Shown piece after piece: positions 19,461 to 30,787 of a stretch of DNA of 64,000 bases. The translations under genes were made by a program, and so were the position numbers. Where the stretch lies: contig CALFYW010000016.1 in the NCBI GenBank assembly GCA_937952265.1, positions 77,633 through 141,632 on the forward strand, in the 5' to 3' direction. This DNA is from an uncultured bacterium. GTDB taxonomy: Bacteria; Patescibacteriota; Minisyncoccia; Phycocordibacterales; GCA-2401445. Below the pieces are notes generated by a model. That model did not search any database and was not told the origin of the DNA. It saw only the letters and a program-made list of their open reading frames with translations. How positions within the stretch are numbered: position 1 is the first letter of the stretch; every line of letters starts with the position of its first letter.

Positions 19461-20339
19461 TTATTCGATAGATGATTGCTCAGCTTCAATAAATTCATCA
19501 ATCTCTCCTTGGAACACTTCATCCACCCGACTCGTCTCAACTCCTGTTCGGTGGTCCTTCACCATTTTGTACGGATGAAGCACGTATGAACGAATTTGAT
19601 TCCCCCATTCAATCTCAACGGTATCGCTTACTGAAAGCCCTTGTTCCTGTTTTTTGCGGCGCGCTTCTTCAAGACGATAAATTTTTCCCTTAAGAATTTC
19701 AAACGCCTTCTCTCTATTTTGGGACTGACTGCGTTCGGAGTCAACGTGGACAGCGATATTGGTTGGAATATGCACCATACGAACCGCAGTTTCCCGTTTA
19801 TTTACATTTTGCCCACCCGGCCCACTTGATCGCGCAAACTCAACACGAACATCTTCGTCCCGAATTACTACCGAATTCGACTTATCAAGCCGAGGAATCA
19901 CCTCAACCATGGCAAAAGAGGTATGACGGAGCTTCTTTGCATTAAAAGGAGAAATGCGCACCAAACGATGAACTCCTGATTCATGTTTGAGCACCCCGTA
20001 GACTCCTTTGCCCTGTACCTCAAATGAGAGATTCCGAAATCCTCCATGATCATTTTGGTGCCGGTGGAGGACATAGATTTCCCAACCACGGCGCCCAGCA
20101 AATCTCGTATACATCTCAAAAAGCATTGAAGAAAAATCCTCTGCATCATCCCCTCCCGCTCCAGAAAAAATGGAAATGATCGCATCTCGCTTATCGTGCG
20201 CATGCTTCTCTGCCTTTGCCGCTTTAAGGGTATTTAGTTCTCGGAGAAGCTCCTGCGCATTCTCTTTATTATCCCAGAAATGAGGGTCTGCCATCCGTGA
20301 TTCAATCTCTTTCATTCTTTCATCATCGTGCTCCATCAA
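19461..20339 (-). CDS. prfB: Peptide chain release factor 2, with a short N-terminus and no programmed frameshift
   Basis: GGQ motif 'SGPGGQNVNKRETAVR'; RF2-specific 'SPF' tripeptide (RISPFNAKK). Confidence 0.85.
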   Translation of the reverse strand: MMEHDDERMKEIESRMADPHFWDNKENAQELLRELNTLKAAKAEKHAHDKRDAIISIFSGAGGDDAEDFSSMLFEMYTRFAGRRGWEIYVLHRHQNDHGGFRNLSFEVQGKGVYGVLKHESGVHRLVRISPFNAKKLRHTSFAMVEVIPRLDKSNSVVIRDEDVRVEFARSSGPGGQNVNKRETAVRMVHIPTNIAVHVDSERSQSQNREKAFEILKGKIYRLEEARRKKQEQGLSVSDTVEIEWGNQIRSYVLHPYKMVKDHRTGVETSRVDEVFQGEIDEFIEAEQSSIE

Positions 20340-20386
20340 GATAGCAGTATACCAAAAATTTCCCTTATCAGCTAACCATCGGGTCT

Positions 20387-20462
<76 letters not shown>

Positions 20463-20515
20463 ACAGATAGGCTGCTCTTTTTTATATCAAATAGATGGAG
20501 AGAATGCACGAGCTC

Positions 20516-20863
20516 CTACTCTAGAATTTCTCTTACCCTCTCTACAATATGCTTAAGCTTAGTATCGCTTTTGATAAAGTATTCAAAAACTTGATTCTCC
20601 ACTGCCTGTTCAACCTTCTTAATATCAGGAGCGTTGGTAAGTATAATAATAGGAACTTTACTCCCCCACGGATCACTTCGAAGCGCTCGAGCCATCTCAA
20701 TACCATCCATTTTAGGCATCACGATATCAAGAAGGATTGCCTCTGGATGCTCTTTAAGGGCAATCGCAAGCCCTTCCTCGCCATTCCTTGCTTCAAGAAT
20801 ACCAAAACCTTCTTTGGCAAAACTGTCATGAAGCGCGTGGCTGATTTGAATTAAGGTCCGCAT
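20516..20863 (-). CDS. CheY-like receiver domain protein lacking the N-terminal acidic pair. Possible pseudo-receiver
   Basis: Phospho-acceptor context 'ILLDIVMPKMDG' and 'IIILTNAP'. 'IQISH' stands where 'VVDDE' is expected. Confidence 0.6.
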   Translation of the reverse strand: MRTLIQISHALHDSFAKEGFGILEARNGEEGLAIALKEHPEAILLDIVMPKMDGIEMARALRSDPWGSKVPIIILTNAPDIKKVEQAVENQVFEYFIKSDTKLKHIVERVREILE

Positions 20864-21053
20864 ACGGTATACCAAATGACTCAGCAAGCGCTTGACCCAA
20901 GAGATCTTTGGTCATGAGATCGTGAGCAAGTAAATAATCGACAATCGAAGTACCGTCTTTTTCTACCGCAGAAATTGTCGCGTTATAATCATCTTCCGAA
21001 AGATAATTTTCACGCACCAACACTTCTTTTAATTTTTGAGTATCGATGTTCAT
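20826..21053 (-). CDS. Standalone MshEN / T2SS-E N-terminal-like domain protein, 75 aa
   Basis: 'LKEVLVRENYLSEDDYNATISAVEKDGTSIVDYLLAHDLMTKDLLGQALAESFGIPYADL' matches the two-repeat GspE/PilB N-terminal domain. Same fold as the PilB N-terminus at 34960..36693. Confidence 0.55.
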   Translation of the reverse strand: MNIDTQKLKEVLVRENYLSEDDYNATISAVEKDGTSIVDYLLAHDLMTKDLLGQALAESFGIPYADLNSNQPRAS

Positions 21054-21055
21054 GC

Positions 21056-21427
21056 TTATGAAGAAAGTTTTTTGACATACTCCACAACTTCTGCAATAGG
21101 CATATTCGATTTAATAAAGAATTCCTTTGCGCCAAGCTCAAGCACTTTATCTTTATCTTCTTCTTGGCTTAAATTTGAAAGGACAATGACTGGTGTGGTA
21201 ATTTTCTTCTCACGCATACGTTTCAAAACTTCAAAACCATCCACTTTTGGCATGACCAGATCAAGAATCACCACATCAAAGGAGTCTTTCTCCATCATCT
21301 CAACACCGGATACTCCACTTGAGATAACGACGGGAGAAAAACCCTCATGACTAAGTTTAAGCTCAAGTGCTCGCGCGATAGGCTTTTCATCTTCGATGAT
21401 CAAAATTTTTTTTGCTGAATCACTCAT
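21056..21427 (-). CDS. Single-domain response regulator (CheY-like)
   Basis: 'KKILIIEDE', 'VVILDLVMPKVDG', 'VIVLSNL', 'KEFFIKS'. Confidence 0.8.
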   Translation of the reverse strand: MSDSAKKILIIEDEKPIARALELKLSHEGFSPVVISSGVSGVEMMEKDSFDVVILDLVMPKVDGFEVLKRMREKKITTPVIVLSNLSQEEDKDKVLELGAKEFFIKSNMPIAEVVEYVKKLSS

Positions 21428-21551
21428 TCTACCAGTATAACAGAAACCCAAACTAAATTAATAACGGTTACCCCGTACGTGCCTTTTGATAAGGTGGAGT
21501 AAATCCAAGTCTAAAAACCTAGAATAAAACAAGTAACAAAATTAATCTTTG

Positions 21552-21624
21552 AGCCGAAACCGGGGATCGAACCCGGGACCTCACCCTTACCATGGGTGTG
21601 CTCTACCAACTGAGCTATCTCGGC
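21552..21624 (-). tRNA. tRNA-Thr (anticodon GGT)
   Basis: Acceptor GCCGAGA/TTTCGGC, anticodon stem CACCC/GGGTG, loop ATGGTAA, T-loop TTCGATC; CCA not encoded. Confidence 0.8.
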
Positions 21625-21680
21625 GAAAGCTCACACAAATACGTTAACCCCATGTATCATAACGAATACGAAGACACTTT

Positions 21681-22979
21681 TCAATTACTTTTCGCTTTCT
21701 GAGTAATCGGTATCGTAAAGGTAACTATGGTTCCATGGTCAAGCACTGAGGAGAGCGTAATGGTGCCCCCATGAAGCTCAATAATCTGCCGTGCGTTAAA
21801 GAGCCCGACACCACTCCCATTCGGTTCAACCAATACCGCATTCCTTCCCCGATGAAATCGCTCAAATGCATACTTACTATCATCAAGACCCATGCCAATA
21901 CCATTATCTTCGATGGTAACGGTAATCGTATTCCGATCTTTTCTAAAAGAAATATCTACAAAACCATTGCGCGCATAACGGATCGCATTATCAATTAAGT
22001 TGGCAATCGCCGCATGAAGCATTTGATAATCCGCCTCAATCCATACCGACTCTCCTTTCGCGAAACGTACCGTTACATTTCGACTAATCATTAAATACGA
22101 GAGTTCCTCAAGGATTTTAGCAACCATGTCTTGAAACACAAAAGGTTTTTTCTCCAACACAAATCCACCCATACCAGTCTCGGATGACTTTAATATCTGA
22201 TTGAGAGTTTCGATTGCATACTGCATTCGTTGCATACTCTCTTTTACTAAACGTTGATTATCGTTTGATAACCCCGTATCAGAAGCAATACTCTGCAATA
22301 CCCACCGTACGGCAGAGAGCGGGGTTCGCAATTGATGCGAAACTACCGTGACAAAATTTGTCTTTAGACGATTAAGCTCGGAAAGCTCAACAAACTTACG
22401 ATTGATTTCTTCTTTTTCGAAACGTTGACGCAGCGTCTCTTTTACCAGTTTATAAATATAGTAGGCAATAAGCGCAAACATTGAGATGCGTATCGCGTGC
22501 TCTAGTGCAAAGGTGATATCAAGACGTGTCTGCGGATGAATCGCAAGCATACCGAGCATAATACTTACCACTAAAATACCGAATGACGCGGTGGTTCGTT
22601 CATTGAGATCAAACACTGAAACTAGAATTGGAAAAATGAGCAGGAAGAAAAATGGGCTTTCAACACCGCCCGTATTAAGGATAAAAATAGAAAAAAAGAA
22701 GAAAAAGTTATACCGTGCAATGGTAAAAAGCACTTTCTTCTTGGTAATCTCTCGCAAAATAAAGAAGAGTAGATGGGTAGCAAACCATGCGCTAAATATT
22801 CCCAGACTATAGGTATAATTCCCTATCCATGGAAAATACTGCGGAAAAAGATGGAGGATGGCACCAAAAAATACCAGTGAGATTAAACCGGTTACTTCAA
22901 TAAGATAGTAGTAATGAATGAGACGAAATTCATCAGCACTACGAGCAAGCACACGCGGTTTGGAAGTTTGAGGAGCCAT
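21681..22979 (-). CDS. Membrane sensor histidine kinase
   Basis: Multi-TM N-terminus, H-box 'VVSHQLRTPLSAV', G-boxes 'DNGIGMG' and 'GSGVGLFNARQIIELHGG'. Confidence 0.8.
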   Translation of the reverse strand: MAPQTSKPRVLARSADEFRLIHYYYLIEVTGLISLVFFGAILHLFPQYFPWIGNYTYSLGIFSAWFATHLLFFILREITKKKVLFTIARYNFFFFFSIFILNTGGVESPFFFLLIFPILVSVFDLNERTTASFGILVVSIMLGMLAIHPQTRLDITFALEHAIRISMFALIAYYIYKLVKETLRQRFEKEEINRKFVELSELNRLKTNFVTVVSHQLRTPLSAVRWVLQSIASDTGLSNDNQRLVKESMQRMQYAIETLNQILKSSETGMGGFVLEKKPFVFQDMVAKILEELSYLMISRNVTVRFAKGESVWIEADYQMLHAAIANLIDNAIRYARNGFVDISFRKDRNTITVTIEDNGIGMGLDDSKYAFERFHRGRNAVLVEPNGSGVGLFNARQIIELHGGTITLSSVLDHGTIVTFTIPITQKAKSN

Positions 22980-23078
22980 AAGTTTTCCTATCCTTATAGT
23001 ATAACAACGCTTATGTGCGTAGAAAAGTTCTTTATCACAACTAACCGTAGTATGATAGAGAAAGAAAGGAGGTGTGCT

Positions 23079-23405
23079 ATGCCTCTCAATCTTACTCCAG
23101 AAGAAGCGCTTCGCAGCAAAAGCACTGAGTTTGCGGGTAGTTATTATGATAAATATAAACCGCGCTACACACAGACCGAAGATTCATGCGGCACATGCGG
23201 AGGGATCGTTATTTGCGCATATGCAGAGACCGGTATCGGACATGACATGTTCCACACGTTTGTACATGTCTGCCTTACCTCGCACTGCACGCAATGCGTA
23301 GAAGAGAATGATCCTATACTTATTGATAGTCCACGCATTAATCATCGAAGCGATCTCGCGTGCCCAATGTGCGGCCGAAAACCGTTTGAGATGAGTAACT
23401 CCTAA
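23079..23405 (+). CDS. Small Cys/His-rich, zinc-ribbon-like hypothetical protein
   Basis: RBS aaaggagg upstream of ATG at about 23079. Motifs CGTCGG, HTFVHVC, HCTQC and CPMC. Followed by terminator hairpin 23406-23440. Confidence 0.45.
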   Translation: MPLNLTPEEALRSKSTEFAGSYYDKYKPRYTQTEDSCGTCGGIVICAYAETGIGHDMFHTFVHVCLTSHCTQCVEENDPILIDSPRINHRSDLACPMCGRKPFEMSNS

Positions 23406-23494
23406 CCCTTGCGTTTCCATAAACGCAAGGGTTTTTCAAAAACCAAACAAAAATCTCTTTTCGGAGATTTCGTTGGCGCGGCCGACGGGACTTG

Positions 23495-23661
23495 GTCAGG
23501 AATAAATTTTCTAACGAAAATTTTTCACGACCCTAGCTCGGTATGCTCGCCTTCTCGCTTCGCTCAAAACTCGCATATACCTCCGCTTTTCAAGTCCCGA
23601 CGCTCGTACCGAGCTTCAGTTCCGCAAAAACACCCAGGAGAACCTGGGTGTTTTTAGCAAT
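23495..23661 (-). mobile_element. About 170-bp GC-rich element abutting the 3' end of tRNA-Asp, bounded distally by a 19-nt duplicate of the tRNA 3' end at 23476-23494
   Basis: Direct repeat gcgcggccgacgggacttg at 23476-23494 and inside the tRNA at 23662-23680. Internal core GAGCGAAGCGAGAAGGCGAGC shared with the tmRNA-linked element. Confidence 0.45.
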
Positions 23662-23662
23662 G

Positions 23663-23737
23663 CGCGGCCGACGGGACTTGAACCCGCAACCTCCCGCGTG
23701 ACAGGCGGGTGCTCTAACCAAATTGAGCTACAGCCGC
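23663..23737 (-). tRNA. tRNA-Asp (anticodon GTC)
   Basis: Acceptor GCGGCTG/CGGCCGC, anticodon stem CCCGC/GCGGG, loop CTGTCAC, T-loop TTCAAGT. Terminator hairpin acacccagg..cctgggtgt downstream. Confidence 0.8.
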
Positions 23738-23785
23738 ATAGCGCTATTATACGTACCCAAAAAATAAAATCTACTTTTAATTAGG

Positions 23786-23862
23786 TGGTCCCGGGGGTCG
23801 GGATCGAACCGACGACCTTGGGCTTATGAGTCCCACGCTCTAACCAACTGAGCTACCCCGGG
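23786..23862 (-). tRNA. tRNA-Met (anticodon CAT; elongator-type, or lysidine Ile2), CCA encoded
   Basis: Acceptor CCCGGGG/CCCCGGG with a paired 1:72, anticodon loop CTCATAA, T-loop TTCGATC. Confidence 0.75.
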
Positions 23863-23948
23863 TAGAGACACGCTACACTACTATAATATACATGGGCTAA
23901 AATCTGAAGACCGTCGTTACCATTATGTAACGACGGTCTTCTCCCTTG

Positions 23949-24019
23949 TTGCGGGGCTGGGAATTGCACCCAGGCCTGGAGGTTATGAGCCTCCCGAGAT
24001 ACTACTTCTCTACCCCGCT
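23949..24019 (-). tRNA. tRNA-Met (anticodon CAT), initiator-like
   Basis: Anticodon loop CTCATAA, 1:72 A-A mismatch and A11:U24 pair in D-stem GAGA/TCTC, as in bacterial initiator tRNAs. Strong hairpin 23891-23934 downstream. Confidence 0.6.
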
Positions 24020-24077
24020 ATTAAGTCAACAGTATACCGAAAACATGCCCCTAACGCAAGAGATTTGGGTCTTAAAA

Positions 24078-24644
24078 TTAGACATATAAAAATTCTTTGA
24101 ACACTGCCTCGTAAAGGCTAATAACACGCTTAGCTTCACGTTCAGTTAAAGAGAATTGCGATCCTTCATGTGCGATTTGATTACGTACTTTATGCGCTTC
24201 CCATGCAAGATCAATGGTTTGAAAATCGCTCTTCTCGACAACTTTTAATCGCTCACCTAAATGCTCACCGTGGTATCCCATATGCTGAACCATTTCATCG
24301 AGCATAGAGTCGGCCTCAATGATAGCAACTCTCCAATCTCCCGGATTATTCGAATGCACGAGTTCCATGACATGCTCCCATCGAGGGTTTTTCGCCGAAC
24401 GCTCATCCCCTCCTAACAGAACATCATCCATCTTAAAGGCGAGCGATTCTTCGGTTCGAATCTGACTTAAACGCACCATGCAATACACAATTCCAATCAT
24501 GAGAATGATTGAGACAATGAAAGAATACGGAGCGATCGCAACTCGAAAAACATCCCACCATGTTTGTATATACTCAAGAGAAAAAAAATCGCCGGTGAGA
24601 AAAAGAAAGATATGATAAAAAATCGTATCAAAATTTATTGCCAT
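24078..24644 (-). CDS. Membrane-anchored protein with an HEPN-like (Rx4H) C-terminal domain
   Basis: Two N-terminal hydrophobic helices; 'AHKVRNQIAHEGS' conforms to the HEPN Rx4-6H motif. Confidence 0.4.
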   Translation of the reverse strand: MAINFDTIFYHIFLFLTGDFFSLEYIQTWWDVFRVAIAPYSFIVSIILMIGIVYCMVRLSQIRTEESLAFKMDDVLLGGDERSAKNPRWEHVMELVHSNNPGDWRVAIIEADSMLDEMVQHMGYHGEHLGERLKVVEKSDFQTIDLAWEAHKVRNQIAHEGSQFSLTEREAKRVISLYEAVFKEFLYV

Positions 24645-24676
24645 AGTAGCACTCCAGAATAGCTCCTTCTACTATA

Positions 24677-26104
24677 TCACTCTTCCCCTAAGAGAGCTTT
24701 CCCCAGCACAAAGAGAGAATCTTCTCGCGTATGAGGTGCCATTAGCTGAATTCCCACAGGAAGTGTGGATCCATTTTGAAGCGCGCTCCCATACGGCAGA
24801 GAAATTGCCGGAATACCCGCGAGGTTAGCCGTAACGGTAAAGATATCAGCAAGATACATCGCGAGTGGATCAGTGGTTTTCTCTCCAATCATAAATGCGG
24901 GAGTTGGCGCGGTTGGAGTCATGATTGCATCAACTTTTTTAAACGCCGAAGTAAAATCATTTTGAATATACCCCCGCAATGCGGCAGCGCGACCATAGTA
25001 CGCATCGTAGTATCCAGCCGAAAGTACGTATGCGCCAAGTATAATACGACGGCGCACCTCGCTTCCAAAGCCTTCCCCTCGAGTTTTTTGGTACACCTCA
25101 AGTAGTGTTTCTCCATTCTTTGAAAGTCCATATCGAATTCCATCAAACCGAGCAAGGTTTGACGACGCTTCAGCCGGCATCACGATATAGTAGGCGGCAA
25201 GTGCGTGAGAAGCGTGCGGAAGCTCGATATCGATGATTTCAAAACCGCGTTCAAGAAAAGTCTTCTCCGCTGATTCAAAAGCGCTCTTGACTGAAGCATC
25301 CATACTACCGCTTTCAAGAAGGGTTCTTGGAATACCGATCGTTTTCGGCGCCGGATGCGCTTCTCCGTATGATCCATGTGGAAGTGAAGTACTGTCAAGC
25401 GGATCATTACCGCGAACTACTTTAAAGAGCAGTTCCACATCTGAAACAGATTTGGCAAAGGGCCCAATTACATCAAGAGACGATCCCATCGCAATTAAAC
25501 CAGAACGAGATACACTTCCATATGTTGGCTTAAGCCCCACCACCCCGCAAAAACTTGCCGGCTGGCGAATTGAACCACCGGTATCCGATCCGAGTGCTCC
25601 TAATGCTCCTCCCATCGCCACTGCCGCGGCAGAACCTCCTGAAGATCCTCCCGCGACACGTTTCAGGTCATGCGGATTTTTCGTAACACCAAATGCTGAA
25701 TTCTCCGTTGAACTTCCCATGGCAAATTCATCGAGGTTAGTCCTTCCGAGAAAAATAGCGCCCGCATGACGCAACCGCGAAATGACGGTTGCGTCATAGG
25801 AGGCTCGGTATCCCGCAAGTATTTTTGAACCCGCGCTTACCTGCTTTCCCTCAATTAAAATATTATCTTTAATTGCAAGTGGAGCTCCGGCAAGGGGCAG
25901 TTCGGCACCATTCCCGATTGCATTATCTACTCTAACTGCTTCAGACTCGAGGTCGTCAAACACTTCAAGGTATGCGTTAATCGAAGGATTCTTCTCTATT
26001 ATTATTTCCCGATACCGCTCGACCAATTCACGGACCGAAAAATCACCCCGCTTAAGGGAGGCTTGGAGTGATTTAATGGAGAGCGTTTCAAGATCAATAG
26101 CCAT
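24677..26104 (-). CDS. gatA: Asp/Glu-tRNA amidotransferase subunit A
   Basis: Amidase signature 'GGSSGGSAAAVA', 'DTGGSIRQPA'. Confidence 0.95.
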   Translation of the reverse strand: MAIDLETLSIKSLQASLKRGDFSVRELVERYREIIIEKNPSINAYLEVFDDLESEAVRVDNAIGNGAELPLAGAPLAIKDNILIEGKQVSAGSKILAGYRASYDATVISRLRHAGAIFLGRTNLDEFAMGSSTENSAFGVTKNPHDLKRVAGGSSGGSAAAVAMGGALGALGSDTGGSIRQPASFCGVVGLKPTYGSVSRSGLIAMGSSLDVIGPFAKSVSDVELLFKVVRGNDPLDSTSLPHGSYGEAHPAPKTIGIPRTLLESGSMDASVKSAFESAEKTFLERGFEIIDIELPHASHALAAYYIVMPAEASSNLARFDGIRYGLSKNGETLLEVYQKTRGEGFGSEVRRRIILGAYVLSAGYYDAYYGRAAALRGYIQNDFTSAFKKVDAIMTPTAPTPAFMIGEKTTDPLAMYLADIFTVTANLAGIPAISLPYGSALQNGSTLPVGIQLMAPHTREDSLFVLGKALLGEE

Positions 26105-26108
26105 ATGG

Positions 26109-26393
26109 TTAGAGAATTTTTTTCACCTTAAAAAATCCCCTTTCTTTATCTGGCGCAGCATCGAGAATTTTTTGAGTATACATACCTGGTTCATGAGCAT
26201 TGCGGTCATCTCGTAACACATTCTTTGATAGGGGCGCGCCTGCGTCACCCGCTCTTTCTCCAACCACGTTCTCAATCTCTGAAACATAGGCAACAATAGA
26301 CCCGAGCTCGCCCGCAAGATCTTCACACTCTGCTTCGGTAAGCAAAAGACGAGAAAGTTGAGCTAATTTTTTTACGGTGTCTTTTTCAAACAT
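26109..26393 (-). CDS. gatC: Asp/Glu-tRNA amidotransferase subunit C
   Basis: 'VKKLAQLSRLLLTEAECEDLAGELGSIVAYVSEIE'; internal Met chosen as start to avoid overlap with ligA. Confidence 0.8.
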   Translation of the reverse strand: MFEKDTVKKLAQLSRLLLTEAECEDLAGELGSIVAYVSEIENVVGERAGDAGAPLSKNVLRDDRNAHEPGMYTQKILDAAPDKERGFFKVKKIL

Positions 26394-26416
26394 AACTACG
26401 GCTCTATCATAGCACA

Positions 26417-28453
<2,037 letters not shown>

Positions 28454-28485
28454 CTATACAAGGTTAGCGCACCCCCAACAAGCAC

Positions 28486-29022
28486 CTAATACCATACCCG
28501 AATTGCACGTTCAACACGACGATTATCATCGGTATCGCAGGTATTGTATCCCCTTCCTTCAATAACCGCGCTCCCGTCTCGATGCTTCTCTACGGTTACT
28601 TTCGCGCACGGCGCGCTCGGATAGGCTCCAAAGAAAAGCCAGAAACTACTATCAACGGTGCGCGGATTACCACGACCATCCCCGCCAATCACGCTCGCTT
28701 CTGGTTCGGTTTGAGTTCCCGTATCAATGGTCTGGTTATTACATTCAATAGGAGTAACTCCATCATTTGAGAAAGGGCTCGGTACGACCTTTAAGTCGTA
28801 ATAGAGCGCGCATTCAACGCCTGTATCAGCGCCCGCAAGCGCGATTGATGATTCTCGCGCGGAGACGGAAAGCGTGTAATTTTTGATATAGATGTTTCCA
28901 ATCGCAAGACCGATAACTAAAAATAGTCCTGAAAAGATAACCGCTAATACTAATACGATCCCTTGCTCATCGCGCATGGGCTTTTCTACACCCTCTCGAG
29001 AATGATAGTGATTTTTTTTCAT
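28486..29022 (-). CDS. Pilus-associated membrane-anchored protein, minor-pilin-like without a classical prepilin motif
   Basis: Single N-terminal TM helix 'IVLVLAVIFSGLFLVIGLAIG'; last gene of the pilin block. Confidence 0.35.
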   Translation of the reverse strand: MKKNHYHSREGVEKPMRDEQGIVLVLAVIFSGLFLVIGLAIGNIYIKNYTLSVSARESSIALAGADTGVECALYYDLKVVPSPFSNDGVTPIECNNQTIDTGTQTEPEASVIGGDGRGNPRTVDSSFWLFFGAYPSAPCAKVTVEKHRDGSAVIEGRGYNTCDTDDNRRVERAIRVWY

Positions 29023-29027
29023 AGTCA

Positions 29028-29564
29028 TCAGTTTTCCCAATTATATAAAAACGCGGATGAGGAAATAGTTTTCGAGAATAAACCACGCTGCCAACTTACT
29101 ACTGATTCAACCTCGATTTCGCGACCAGGAACATGCTGAGTGATATAAATATGGCGCCTAAATATTGAAACCGGCCACGACCCTGAATATCCATATTGCC
29201 ATGTATCATCCTCATCAAGGCGCAACCAATCACACCCGCTTGAGCCACAGGTGGTAACCGTTCCTCCCAACACATTGATCTGGCAACCATTCACCCCGAA
29301 ACATCCATTAAGTCCGGTCGTCCAAGGAAGTCCTGATAGCACATTGGTATCTCGAATATTACGCACTCCTTCAAGCCCTTCTTGCGCGAGATAAACCGCC
29401 GTCGTCTGATCTCGAGATGCTTGGGCTGCAAAAAAACTCTGCGCCACTATCGAGATAGGAACCATAACCGAAACCGCGAGTATGCCGATTGAAATAAGAG
29501 CTTCAACCAGAGTAAAACCCGATTGAGAATGCATAGACGAGTATGGTGAAATAAAATTTTTCAT
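29028..29564 (-). CDS. Type IV prepilin-like minor pilin/pseudopilin
   Basis: Prepilin cleavage/methylation motif 'SGFTLVEALISIGILAV'. Confidence 0.7.
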   Translation of the reverse strand: MKNFISPYSSMHSQSGFTLVEALISIGILAVSVMVPISIVAQSFFAAQASRDQTTAVYLAQEGLEGVRNIRDTNVLSGLPWTTGLNGCFGVNGCQINVLGGTVTTCGSSGCDWLRLDEDDTWQYGYSGSWPVSIFRRHIYITQHVPGREIEVESVVSWQRGLFSKTISSSAFLYNWEN

Positions 29565-29567
29565 TGA

Positions 29568-30152
29568 TTAATTGAGGTCAAAAATACGTTGAGAGACCGT
29601 AGTCTGCACATTAATTGGTGTACGCACCCCCACCGCTTCTTCTTTGGTAAACCCGCGAATAATTAAGGTTGCTTTTGGCTGTACCGGATCCAGCGGATCA
29701 CTTCCAGAAACAAAGACATGAAATTCAGTAAGCTCTACTTCACTCCCCAATACATCCTGAAAAGCCCCTCCGGCACCCACTTGTTTTTGAAGCTGAGTCC
29801 CTCCGCTGACTCGATAGGATATGCGTGTTCGCGCCCCGCTATACGGATCTTCTTGTGAGGTAAACGAAATTCCTGGAAACGGTGTAGTTGCGCAATCTTG
29901 TGTTTCTTCCATTACCGAATAACCACAATAATATGTAGTGCCAAGCCGTATTTCTCGTGCCATGCTTTCAAGCGCAAAACTCACGTTATTAACCACCGTA
30001 CTTACTGCCCGTGCTTGCTTATTGGCATCAATGAGCGAGAGGAGCGCGCCCAAGCCAACCGCAAGAAACATCATAAAAATTCCTATTGAAACAATGAGCT
30101 CAATCAGTGTAAATCCACGCATCTGATGTTTTTTGGAATGTGGTGTCCTCAT
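29568..30152 (-). CDS. Type IV prepilin-like minor pilin/pseudopilin
   Basis: 'MRGFTLIELIVSIGIFMMF'; start trimmed to remove a 120-nt overlap. Confidence 0.65.
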   Translation of the reverse strand: MRTPHSKKHQMRGFTLIELIVSIGIFMMFLAVGLGALLSLIDANKQARAVSTVVNNVSFALESMAREIRLGTTYYCGYSVMEETQDCATTPFPGISFTSQEDPYSGARTRISYRVSGGTQLQKQVGAGGAFQDVLGSEVELTEFHVFVSGSDPLDPVQPKATLIIRGFTKEEAVGVRTPINVQTTVSQRIFDLN

Positions 30153-30156
30153 AATA

Positions 30157-30780
30157 CTACTGTACTGATACTTGCCCTGTTGAAGCAACTCGAATGGTCC
30201 GAGATCTTCCCTGCGGAGAAGTAAGCGTGATAAATCCATAATCATACAAGGCTGGCTGATGGCTTTTAATAAGAGCACTCGGACTTGGTCGTTTATATAT
30301 AATATTTAACTCATCGATCGTTGGACCTCCTGCATCAGTACTACATATTGTTTCCGCGCAAAATTCATCAACCGCAAAACCTTGAGGAAGGGAGAAATAC
30401 GCGACACATTCTGGCGAAGACGCGCACCCTGATTCAGATTCACTTCCATCATACCGCCCATCATTATCAATATCCGCAAAAAAGATATACCCTCGATTAT
30501 TACCACCGCTCGTAAAAAAATGGATACCGTAGGCAGCGGAAAAATTTGCACTTCCACCTAAACCAAGCTGTCGAACACTCGAACCCGAGACTTGCGCCTC
30601 GCGAATCTGAAGCGCCATGGTATAGGTAAGATTCGAAAGCCGAATGGAGTCTCCAAATTCAGTATGATTAAAGAGTGCGATCCCCGTCACTAAACCCACG
30701 ATGCCAAAAGAGATTAATAACTCTACCAGCGTAAATCCCTTTTTAGAAGAAGCGGGTAGTCGCGGAAATGTAAACAGCAT
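30157..30780 (-). CDS. Type IV prepilin-like minor pilin/pseudopilin
   Basis: 'KKGFTLVELLISFGIVGLV'. Confidence 0.7.
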   Translation of the reverse strand: MLFTFPRLPASSKKGFTLVELLISFGIVGLVTGIALFNHTEFGDSIRLSNLTYTMALQIREAQVSGSSVRQLGLGGSANFSAAYGIHFFTSGGNNRGYIFFADIDNDGRYDGSESESGCASSPECVAYFSLPQGFAVDEFCAETICSTDAGGPTIDELNIIYKRPSPSALIKSHQPALYDYGFITLTSPQGRSRTIRVASTGQVSVQ

Positions 30781-30787
30781 ACACCTA

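Noticed and set aside
20826-20887. Fusion, by frameshift, of the MshEN domain ORF and the following receiver ORF into one gene
   Set aside because: The two frames overlap by about 40-60 nt with independent start codons (ATG/TTG). I cannot distinguish a sequencing frameshift from a true overlap, so they are kept as two genes and the issue is flagged in the findings.
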